64,000 nucleotides of DNA from Acidobacteriota bacterium (lineage in GTDB: Bacteria > Acidobacteriota > UBA6911 > RPQK01 > CBDDCF01): contig CBDDCF010000032.1 in NCBI GenBank assembly GCA_965225995.1, positions 98,838-162,837 on the forward strand. Direction: 5' to 3'. Shown piece after piece: positions 40,627-49,475 of this stretch. The position numbers were made by a program, and so were the translations under genes. Position 1 is the stretch's first letter; the number at the start of each line of letters is the position of its first letter. The notes under the pieces were generated by a model. It saw only the letters and a program-made list of their open reading frames with translations, had not been told where the DNA came from and ran no database searches.

Positions 40627-42606
40627 ATGACGCTAAGCCATCCCCGCGCCTGCTCATCGCGAGCTCACACCGCTATCCCGACTTGGCGCGGCTCTGGTAC
40701 CGGCACGTCTCCCGCGAAGTTATCCCGGCTTTCCGCGCCAAGGGGTTGGAGGTAGAGACCCGAATATTTCGCGATGCCAACATCGAGGCGTTCGATCCAG
40801 AGCGATTTCCCGAGGCTTTCCTGGACGCTCCTCGTCCGGAGGCGCGCGATTTCCTCGAATTCCATGATGCGGTGCTCGAACTTGGCCATGATTTCATCCT
40901 GTTTCTGGATGCTGATCTTTTCATCTTGGACGGCACATGGGCCGCCGCTCTTATGGACCAGTTCGAAGACCCTGACCTCGCTGCGATCTCTCTACTACTG
41001 AGATCTGCTCAGCCCGGATTATTCGCACTTCTCTTCCGAGACGCTCATTACCGAGCGCTTCCGAAACCGGTTCTCGCCTGCCGCTACGAGGGCCTTATGC
41101 GACCAGGTCGCGGGGTTAATCTTCAGCCCGGAGACTGGGCCGCCAGGCGTCTCCGCGCCACCGGACAAAGAATACTCGATGTTCCCGCAGAAGAGGCACA
41201 GACACGACTCGCTGACTTTCATGGAACAACAGTCGTCCGGGCATCGCGTGAACTGTTCGGCGTATTCCTCGGTGATCGCTTTGATCGCCTCGGCGGCGAT
41301 CGGCGGTACTTCGCCATGGGCGCCTATGACAATACACTCCTGGGTACGTTCTACAAGACACTCTACGGAGAAGCGTTTGCCGTAGGGCCGGACGGGACAC
41401 ATCTAGAGGGGAGCGTGACGATCGAGTCGCTCCGTGAGAATCTCGCACGCTGTCACAGTCTGGGTTTGCTGCTCCGCCTGACCGCCTACTTCGAACGCTC
41501 AAAGCGAGCGCTAGCCCGTCTGGCAGCATACGAAGAACTGCGTGTGCGGCCACCGCGTGCTTTCTCTTTCACCCGCGAGTGCCTGCTGAGAGCCGCAGTG
41601 AAAATTCTTCCGAACGCCTTGACTCGAGCCGACAAGGGCTTCTTGGCTCAAGCCAAGGCACTCGTCAGCCGAATTGCCTTCGGAAGCGTAGAATTTGGCC
41701 TCTTTGGGCCGATTGGCTTGCGCGAGCCACAAGAGGAGGTGCGTGTCTGGCTGTGCGGACTTGGATCTCCACGCGACGTCACCTATCGCAATGTCATTGC
41801 CAATTCCAAACCCCACACAATCGGCGTCGGTCTCGACGGCGAATCGCAGAAAATCGACACCGGTACGCGCCTAAAGCTAAAGTTCGAAGAGCGCACAGGA
41901 GAGCGGCGTCTCCTGGCAGAAATCGATTTGACATGCAGGGATTCCATCGATCTGACTGACGGGCAGATCGCACTCTTTCAATCGGCGAAATGCCGTAATT
42001 TCTGCCTACCGAGAACGCTGTTGTGGAGACAGTACCTGCGCTGGGCTTATCATCGCTGGCGAACGAGAGACCGTGACGATCCCGATCATCGGTTGTCGAC
42101 GCGGGAAGTCCATGCCATGTTCGCGTTCTACATCTGTCCGCGGCCCGTATTCCTGGTTAGCGTTGCAGACGGAGACACGTCAAACTTATTCCCGATGGAC
42201 CTGCTCGGCATCGTCGGAGCTGAACACTTTTCATTGACGCTAAAGTCGACCAGCACGGCTGTGCCGCTCCTCCGTCAGGCGCGCCGCGCTCGTGTCCGTT
42301 CCGATTGAGCAGACCGATCTCGTCTATGGCTTGGGCCCGAATCATCGCAAACAGGATTTCGTTTGGGACAAAGCCCCATTCGGAGTGCGAACATCTCCGG
42401 CGTTCGGTTTGCCTGTTCCTGATTTCTCGCTTCGGGTCCGCGACATGGAGGTCACGGATATCAGGGAACTGGGAAGTCACCAGTTCTTCATCTGTCGCAT
42501 AGTCGAGGATCGACGCTTCGTCGACGGAGATGAGTTCTTCGAATCCCATTCGTTCTACCAAGCGTGGAAGCACCGTCAGAGAGGATCCACGCCGGAGCCA
42601 AGGTAA
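40623..42606 (+). CDS. Glycosyltransferase-like domain fused to a flavin-reductase-like domain; frameshift near 42290
   Basis: GTG at 40623 overlaps the previous stop; ILFLDADLF; PRPVFLVSV...NLFPMDL; ELGSHQFFICRI in the 42292-42606 piece. Confidence 0.65.
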
Positions 42607-42935
42607 GACAGCGCTGAGCCTGCAATGCTCGCGCTCTTCCTCGCCGCCTCGCTTCGGCAACCCACGCATTGTAGGAGTCGGCTCCGCCCGACGAAGTCCC
42701 TCGGAGAGCGGCGGCTTGCAGCCTGTTGCCGAACTCGGGATAAGCTGGTGGCGGTTGTCCGGCGAGGGCGGGTCTTGGGAATCGGAGCCGTGAACTTCCG
42801 ACCACTTCAGGCCGGATACTAAAGTGGCAGCTCAATTTTTAGAGAGTCGTCTAGTCTTCGCCAGCGATCCCGCTGCAGCACTTGTTTATAGGCTCGCTTG
42901 CCAGCGAAGGAGTATCCTCTGCGACCGAAGCGCGA

Positions 42936-43020
42936 CGATTTGGAGTGCGGTAGCCAGCTCTTCGTTTTCCCGTCTGGGCGGGCACTGGAAAACCTGAGCT
43001 ACCGCTTTGGAATCCGGCTG
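42936..43020. repeat. REP-like element
   Basis: CGATTTGGAGTGCGGTAGC-N43-GCTACCGCTTTGGAATCCGGCTG. Confidence 0.7.
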
Positions 43021-43064
43021 AGCGTCGTGAATTCGAATACACAGACTCTGGCCCGTATGATTAC

Positions 43065-44726
43065 CTAATTCTCAATCTTCCTGAGAGTGCGCCAGCGCCC
43101 GTCAATCTTCACCTCGATTTGAGTTCTCTGCGGCTTCAGGCGCATTTCCACGGCTCCGCGGTTGGGAAAAGCCAGGTGATAACCGATCAGGCGGCGGGAG
43201 GCAACCGGAATAAACCGGACCGGCGCCAGTGGCAGACTGGCCTCCAGAATACTAGTGAGCTGGTTCTCCACCCAGCGTAGCCAGCGCAACTCGTTTCCTC
43301 GCTCGAATCGAAGCTCCACGTAACTACGTGAACCGCCAGCTTGCGGTATCGTGCCAATGAGGGCGGTTTCTTGAAGAACTCCATGTCGAGACTCCAGCCC
43401 TTCCAGCCAACCCTCAAGCGCATTCACCGAGATGGAATCCCCCGAGCTCTGGCCAGCAACGGCAAAATCCCGAACTTTCAGTGCCTGCAGCAAGTTGGAG
43501 GCACGCCGACTCGCTCTGCTTAGCTCCCTTGCCTGCTCAGGACTAGATGCCACCAGCCAGTTGACTGCCTTCTGTCCCCGTCCTGAAACCTGCAAAGTCT
43601 CTCCCGAGAGCTCGAGGTTCAATTCAAAGTGCGGATCCAGGCCGTATCGCCCCGCCCAACTCGCCAGATTCTGAACGGATCCCGTCTTGGGGCGCCAGTT
43701 CAGGACGGGATTCGCCTGCGAAAGCACCCGATCCAGCAGTTCGACGACAGCCGGTGCGGGCCCGGCCAGACCATAGTTATGATTAGAAAGTACGAGAATG
43801 TGCCCCCGTTCGTTCCCGCACCAGCGAGCGTTGTAACCAAGCGTCATGGCCCCGGTCAGACACCACTGGAAACGCCCCCCCGATGCCTCTCTCGTTGACG
43901 CCACTCTCATCAGTTGGCTGTGACGAGAGTCGCCGAAGAACCCCCTGGTGAGGAACTGTCGCCAGCGACCCAATTCGACCACATTGGAGACAAGCTCGGC
44001 AGCCCCTCGATAATTCCAATCCATTGCCTTTCGCAGCTCCGTTCCGAAATCGCGAGTCCACGTGTACTGCACCGCAACTCGAGCGGGCGGCCAACGGTCC
44101 ACCTCATCAAGGAATCCGGATTCGGACATTCCCGCCGGTTGCAGTAGGTGGCGGCGCAAGAACTCAGGATAGGGGTGACCGCTGATCTCTTGGATCAATG
44201 CTGCCAAGACGGCATATCCCGCATTTGAATACTCGAACCGTTGGCCCGGTCGATCCACGTTTTCCAAACTCTCAACACAATTGAGGAACCCTTCGCGTGA
44301 CGTCGGCCGGTCCTCATCACAGCTGAAAGGCAGACCGGATCGATGGCTCATAAGTTGCTCGATCGTGACGCTAGCCAACGACTTCAATCGTGCCGGCCAC
44401 AGCTCTTCCAGCGAATCTCCAACTTGCAGCCGACCCTGCTGCTCGAGCCAGAGAATAGCGGCAGCCGTGAAATGCTGCGAAATCGAAGCCACTGCAAAGA
44501 GGGTTTCGGGAGTGTTGGGCAATTGCTCCTTCTGATTTGCCAACCCCAACCCGCGTATCCACTCCCTTCCTTGGGCGTTCCCCACCAAAACCGCGCCTGA
44601 AAAGCCATGCAAGTCGAGCAGATCGAGCTGATCTTTCAGGCTGCTTGAAAACTCTCGTCGGTTGATCTGGGCGGATGCAACTGCGCCGCTAAGCACGAAA
44701 AAAACTAGCCACCACCGGGTTATCAA
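43065..44726 (-). CDS. Serine hydrolase, beta-lactamase class C family (SxxK appears as SxxQ)
   Basis: GFSGAVLV, TIEQLMSHRSGL, FEYSNAGY, LQPAGM; signal peptide; start approximate. Confidence 0.8.
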   Translation of the reverse strand: MITRWWLVFFVLSGAVASAQINRREFSSSLKDQLDLLDLHGFSGAVLVGNAQGREWIRGLGLANQKEQLPNTPETLFAVASISQHFTAAAILWLEQQGRLQVGDSLEELWPARLKSLASVTIEQLMSHRSGLPFSCDEDRPTSREGFLNCVESLENVDRPGQRFEYSNAGYAVLAALIQEISGHPYPEFLRRHLLQPAGMSESGFLDEVDRWPPARVAVQYTWTRDFGTELRKAMDWNYRGAAELVSNVVELGRWRQFLTRGFFGDSRHSQLMRVASTREASGGRFQWCLTGAMTLGYNARWCGNERGHILVLSNHNYGLAGPAPAVVELLDRVLSQANPVLNWRPKTGSVQNLASWAGRYGLDPHFELNLELSGETLQVSGRGQKAVNWLVASSPEQARELSRASRRASNLLQALKVRDFAVAGQSSGDSISVNALEGWLEGLESRHGVLQETALIGTIPQAGGSRSYVELRFERGNELRWLRWVENQLTSILEASLPLAPVRFIPVASRRLIGYHLAFPNRGAVEMRLKPQRTQIEVKIDGRWRTLRKIEN

Positions 44727-44903
44727 AATGCAAAGGGGGACAACTCCAGCCAGTTCACAGCCGGACCGCCTGTTTCGTGTTTGCCGAAGCATTCTGCTAG
44801 TTTGACTTATTGATCTGGAATCCGCGAGCTGAAGCCCGACCAATCGTTTTGAATCGGTGCGAAGCAACAAAGGGGGGGATGATGTGGCAGAGGAAAGCTC
44901 CAA

Positions 44904-45242
44904 TCACTCTTCGCCAAGTAGATCCTTTGGCGCACGAACTTCATTTATCACCCAGTTGAGGTAGTCTTGAAGACCCTCTTCAACCGAAAAGGCGACGATT
45001 TCAGGGAGGTCATAGGGGTGTACTTCGCGAATTCGATCCGTCAGAGCTGGCAGACTTTCCGCAGACGTCTTGATGAGGAGCAGAAACTCGCTTGCTTCTT
45101 CCAACTTGCCCTCCCACTTGTAAACCGACAACACCTCGGGAATAATGTTGACACAAGCAGCGAGCCGCTCGGTGATAAGAGTTTGGGCCAACTGGCGAGC
45201 GGAATCGGCTGAATCAATCGTGGTCAAGACGATTTTGATCAT
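44904..45242 (-). CDS. cutA: Divalent-cation tolerance protein CutA
   Basis: LAACVNI, SVYKWEG, HPYDLPEI. Confidence 0.95.
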   Translation of the reverse strand: MIKIVLTTIDSADSARQLAQTLITERLAACVNIIPEVLSVYKWEGKLEEASEFLLLIKTSAESLPALTDRIREVHPYDLPEIVAFSVEEGLQDYLNWVINEVRAPKDLLGEE

Positions 45243-45259
45243 CGGGAAACCTCGAAGAG

Positions 45260-45568
45260 ATGAAACTCAGTAGCAAGGCTAGACGCGAACTCACGCTCAT
45301 CGCATTCTGCCTCACCAGCCTGAGTTTGCTCGGGCTGCTGATTTTCGGAGGCGGCGGTTATCTTCAAGTGCGCACTGTTCGCGAGCGTTTGAATGAGCTG
45401 AAGCGACAGAATCACGAGCTTCGTCTGGAAAACCAAAATGTCCGGGAAATGATCCGGCGGGTGGAAGAGGATCCGGCAGAGATTGAGCGGATCGCCCGCA
45501 AGGAGCTCAATCTGGCCCAACCCGGCGATTGGATCGTTACGCTTACTGATCCCCCGCCCTCCCATTGA
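45260..45568 (+). CDS. ftsB: Septum formation initiator FtsB/DivIC family
   Basis: TM, leucine zipper and IERIARKELNLAQPGD. Confidence 0.8.
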   Translation: MKLSSKARRELTLIAFCLTSLSLLGLLIFGGGGYLQVRTVRERLNELKRQNHELRLENQNVREMIRRVEEDPAEIERIARKELNLAQPGDWIVTLTDPPPSH

Positions 45569-45715
45569 GCTTCTCGCTGACTTGATTGAACCCAACCTTG
45601 GGACTCAGGCTCTGAGTGTCAATCCCGTGCTCCGGCTTGACCTTGCCCATGCTTCCATCCAGTCCCCCAGACGCGCCGTCAACTGTACTCCAGACCAACT
45701 GGAGAGCGAAATTGA

Positions 45716-45777
45716 TCCTAGGAGCCTGCCCGAGTATTGGTGCGAATCGCACCCCAATACTAGGAATGCTCCTAGGA
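45716..45777. terminator. 62-bp imperfect palindrome at the stop of the small gene (terminator or REP-like)
   Basis: TCCTAGGAGC...AGTATTGG-TGCGA/TCGCA-CCAATACT...GCTCCTAGGA. Confidence 0.5.
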
Positions 45778-45915
45778 CTGTTGAGTTACTTCCGTTGAAA
45801 CTGACGCCAGCTCCTCCACCTGGGCCTTTTCAGGGGCCGATTGCGGGAGCAGTCCAACCAGGGCCAGCATGGCAGCCAACCCGATGAGTGTAATTCGAAA
45901 ACCTGACAGCTTCAT
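45772..45915 (-). CDS. 47-aa putative secreted or membrane peptide
   Basis: GGAG RBS; MKLSGFRITLIGLAAMLALVGLLPQSAPEKAQ...; sigma-54 promoter upstream. Confidence 0.55.
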   Translation of the reverse strand: MKLSGFRITLIGLAAMLALVGLLPQSAPEKAQVEELASVSTEVTQQS

Positions 45916-46012
45916 TCCAACTTCTCCGGAACGATCCGATCGAGGGGTCCCAAGGCCAGCTGGAGCCCCTCGATCCAAATCAGCTTTTTAATCGCTACCC
46001 GTCCCCACTCTA

Positions 46013-46028
46013 AGCAAACCGTGTGCCA
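46013..46028 (-). promoter_or_regulatory. Sigma-54 (-24/-12) promoter
   Basis: Minus strand TGGCAC-ACGGT-TTGCT matches the consensus TGGCAC-N5-TTGCW exactly. Confidence 0.75.
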
Positions 46029-46203
46029 ACACAGGAGGCCCCTTTATCGGCCTGAGGAGCGGACTTTAAGGTGAAAATGGCTAATTCCTTACCCAATTTG
46101 GGTACAGCAAGAAAGTCTTGCCGTGAGCTGGATACCGGACGAACTGGCCTCTGCCGTCTCCAGTTCGTCGGCGTGCCACGAAGAAAAACCGTGGCTACCC
46201 CCG

Positions 46204-47232
46204 CTATCGAGCCAGTTCGAGCATGACTCCGACCGCGACATCGATTTCCGCCCGATTTACATCCTTGTGGATCACGAAGCGAATCTGTTGGGGGCCGGCG
46301 AAACTTGCCAGAATGCCCCGGGCTTTCATCTTGGCCAGCAACGCCTCAGCCGTCAGGTGAGCAACATCCAACAAAACGATGTTCGTTTCAACGCCTCTCA
46401 AATCGAGGGAGAAACCATCCACATTGGACAGAGAGTGGGCCAGGAAGCGGGCATTTTTATGATCTCTTGAAAGCCGGTAGGGCATTTGCTCGAGACCGAT
46501 CAGGCCTGCCGCAGCCAGGACTCCGGCCTGCCGCATTCCCCCACCCAACATCTTGCGAACCCGGCGTGCCTTCTCGATAAAACCGAAATCTCCTACCAGC
46601 ATCGAACCCACCGGAGCGCAGAGACCTTTGGAAAGGCAGAACATCACCGAATCGACCCGGCGACAGAGTTCAGCAACAGATTCTTGGAGAGATATCGAGA
46701 CATTGAAAATACGGGCACCATCCAGGTGGACTGGAATCGACCTCTCGTGGGCGGCTTCGGCAAGAGCAGCAACCCGTTGCGCGGAGATCACTGTACCCCC
46801 GGCAAAGTTGTGGCTATTCTCGAGAGTAATCAGACCGGTCTGAGCCCTCGAGTAGAGCGCGGGAGCCAGCAGCGGTTCAATGTCACTCCACTCGGGGTGC
46901 CCGGTGGGGTGAGTCACAGACCGTATCAGGCAACCTGAAATGGCGGCCGCCCCCGCCATCTCATAGTTCATGACGTGGCTACGGCTCTCGGCGATGATTT
47001 CTTGTCCGGGTTGGGTGTGAACCCGCAGGGCGATCTGATTCCCCATCGTTCCAGTAGGGACAAAGAGAGCCGCATCTCGCTCAAAGATGCTCGCCGCCGT
47101 CTCTTCCAAACGATTGACTGTTGGATCCTCGCCGTAAACATCGTCCCCGACTACAGCATCAGCCATGGCTCGACGCATCTCTGGGGTTGGGGTGGTTACC
47201 GTGTCACTCCTGAGATCGATCGCCTGCGGCAA
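46204..47232 (-). CDS. ltaE: Low-specificity L-threonine aldolase
   Basis: [48 protein letters not shown]. Confidence 0.95.
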   Translation of the reverse strand: MPQAIDLRSDTVTTPTPEMRRAMADAVVGDDVYGEDPTVNRLEETAASIFERDAALFVPTGTMGNQIALRVHTQPGQEIIAESRSHVMNYEMAGAAAISGCLIRSVTHPTGHPEWSDIEPLLAPALYSRAQTGLITLENSHNFAGGTVISAQRVAALAEAAHERSIPVHLDGARIFNVSISLQESVAELCRRVDSVMFCLSKGLCAPVGSMLVGDFGFIEKARRVRKMLGGGMRQAGVLAAAGLIGLEQMPYRLSRDHKNARFLAHSLSNVDGFSLDLRGVETNIVLLDVAHLTAEALLAKMKARGILASFAGPQQIRFVIHKDVNRAEIDVAVGVMLELAR

Positions 47233-47373
47233 AGGTCCTCCTCAAAAAGACTCTATCCTAGCAGTGCGACACGGCATGCGAACTAGAGTTAGGGCCTTGG
47301 AGCAGAAAGAAACCCGGCGAAGCCCTGGGAGTGCGAAGGGGAGCATCGCCTTGTTCAAAAGGCGTAGATTTAC

Positions 47374-48162
47374 TTAGCGCCCATCGGGCGGCTTGGGTGG
47401 CTTCTTGGGTGGCTTCTTGGAGTCGGGCACAGAATCGACGATCGGCCCATACTTGATGGATGTCTCCACCTCGTAGCGTTTGTAGTTCTCGTAGGTGATG
47501 AGCTGCCGCAGGTGCTTCCCGAAGAGGAAGTCGTCGGCCAGAGTCCAGGTTGGAAACCAGTATTCCCCATCGATCTGCTCACGGATGGTTTCGAATTCAG
47601 GGAACTGGTTGTTCTTGTAGTCGGGCTCGATCTTGCCTCGGGTCATGACAATCTGAAAGTCCTGATCGTCCACCCAGATCTTTCCCCGAAAATAGCGGTT
47701 CGGCTTCTTGATCTTCTTCGGATCAATCTGAAAAACATAAAGATCGAGCTCATCGATGCGCTCTTTCCCCTGATACTCAATGTTGTATTTGTGGAGTTCA
47801 TCGGGGGTCAGGACAAACGGCTGTAAAGAAATCGCATCTGAGATGTCTTCGTCAGTAATTCCCAGCGACTTCAGATGTCCTTGGTCGCTGACCTTCCGCG
47901 TCTCTCGTTTGCCTTCGTTCGTGAAGTAGACTTCCATCGCCATAGTACGCCTTTCGCGCACCAGTACGGCTTTTCCAGGGGCCAGGATTTCGAAGGTAAT
48001 GTTCTGGCGATACATGTATTTCTGCCAGATCTGGCGGAACTCGGCCTCTTTCTCGGAGAACCGACGGATGATTTCCTCGGGAGTCGGATCGCCCTCGGCC
48101 GCGTAAACCGGGCTTCCCAACAGGGCCGACACCGCAAAGATTCCAATCGACAGTCGTTTCAC
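47374..48162 (-). CDS. Secreted hypothetical protein (outer-membrane lipoprotein-sorting/MucB-like fold?)
   Basis: Signal peptide; F-x-G-K-I-W-V-D-x-x-D-x-Q-I-V and YWFP motifs. Confidence 0.6.
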   Translation of the reverse strand: MKRLSIGIFAVSALLGSPVYAAEGDPTPEEIIRRFSEKEAEFRQIWQKYMYRQNITFEILAPGKAVLVRERRTMAMEVYFTNEGKRETRKVSDQGHLKSLGITDEDISDAISLQPFVLTPDELHKYNIEYQGKERIDELDLYVFQIDPKKIKKPNRYFRGKIWVDDQDFQIVMTRGKIEPDYKNNQFPEFETIREQIDGEYWFPTWTLADDFLFGKHLRQLITYENYKRYEVETSIKYGPIVDSVPDSKKPPKKPPKPPDGR

Positions 48163-48294
48163 AATCGTTCCCTTCTTACGCCCGCTACGCCAACCTTCAG
48201 TTTAGATGGCAGTTTAGAAGAATCGTCTCAGAGTTTACTGGCATGGCGGATCTGAGTCCAGAAGTTACCGCACGATTACTCAGACAGACTCCTA

Positions 48295-49458
48295 GTGCAC
48301 TGTCCGGAAAGTTACCGATTTTAATTGTCAGGGTAGTTTGCTATTGTTGGGCATGGCAAGACCCCACATTCGACTAAAGCTACCCGAACAAGATCGAAGA
48401 ATACTGGAGTCCTGGTTGCGGGCTTCCAAGACCGATCGAGTCTTGGCCGAACGGGCTCAAATAATTCTGGCTTGCGGCCAGGGGCTGATGGCGACTGAAG
48501 TTGCGGAAAGGCTCTCCAAGCGGCTACTGAGTGTGCAAATGTGGCGCAGGCGCTATCTTGAGCAGGGAGTGTCAGGACTGGAGGATCGACCTCGATCGGG
48601 CCGTCCGCGGAAGCTATCGCATGCCAATGTGCGAGCTATTCTCAAAGCCACCGTTGAACGCATCCCACGGGAATCGACCTACTGGAGTGTGCGACTGATG
48701 GCCGAACACTCCGGAGTGAGCAAACATCAAGTCGCCCAGATCTGGAAGGCAGCCGACCTGAAGCCGCATCGAGTCCGTAACTTTAAAATCAGCAACGATC
48801 CTCACTTCGCCTAAAAGGTAATCGATGTGGTGGGGCTGTATATGGATCCGCCCGACAATGCGCTGGTTCTATCCGTGGACGAGAAAACTGAGATCCAGGC
48901 TCTGGATAGAACTCAGCCGATGCTCCAGCTCAGACCGGGACAGATCCAACGCCGGACACACGATTACAAGCGCCACGGTACAGCCAGTCTGTATGCCGCA
49001 TTCGATGTGGTGACAGGTGAGGTCATGGGCCGCATCACCAATAGGCACCGAGCCAAGGAGTTCCTGGCTTTTCTCCGCCAGATTGATCAAGCGGTCGAGC
49101 CCGAACTGGATGTCCACTTAATCCTGGACAACTCGAGCACTCATAAGACCAAGCAGGTTCAAAGCTGGCTGGCCCAGCGGCCCCGATACCACCTCCACTT
49201 TACGCCCACTAGCGCCTCCTGGCTCAATGCCGTCGAAAGCTGGTTCTCACAGCTGGAGCGCCGTTCGATCTACAGAAACTCTTTCAGCAGCGTCCAAGAG
49301 TTGAGACAGGAAATCAAAAGATATATTCGGGTTCACAATCAACGCTTGGCCAAGCCCTTCAAGTGGCGCGCCACTGCTGACTCAATCCTGGCAAAGGTCC
49401 AAAATGCGCGCGAATCGCTCGGCCAATATTAACATCGGGAACTTATCGGACAGTGCAC
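48295..49458 (+). mobile_element. IS630-family element, copy 2 (1164 bp)
   Basis: Same IRs, CTAG at both ends, near-identical to copy 1. Confidence 0.95.
48353..49432 (+). pseudogene. IS630 transposase with a nonsense codon
   Basis: TAA at 48812-48814 where copy 1 has GAA; both parts are in the same frame. Confidence 0.85.
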
Positions 49459-49475
49459 TAGCCTATAGTGGAGGT

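Noticed and set aside
9130-43020. CRISPR interpretation of the constant-arm, variable-interior repeats
   Set aside because: Copies are dispersed singly with inverted arms; there is no tandem array and no cas gene.
49404-49475. N-terminal extension of RecQ from inside IS630
   Set aside because: The ORF caller extended into the IS; the ATG at 49476 has a GGAGG RBS.
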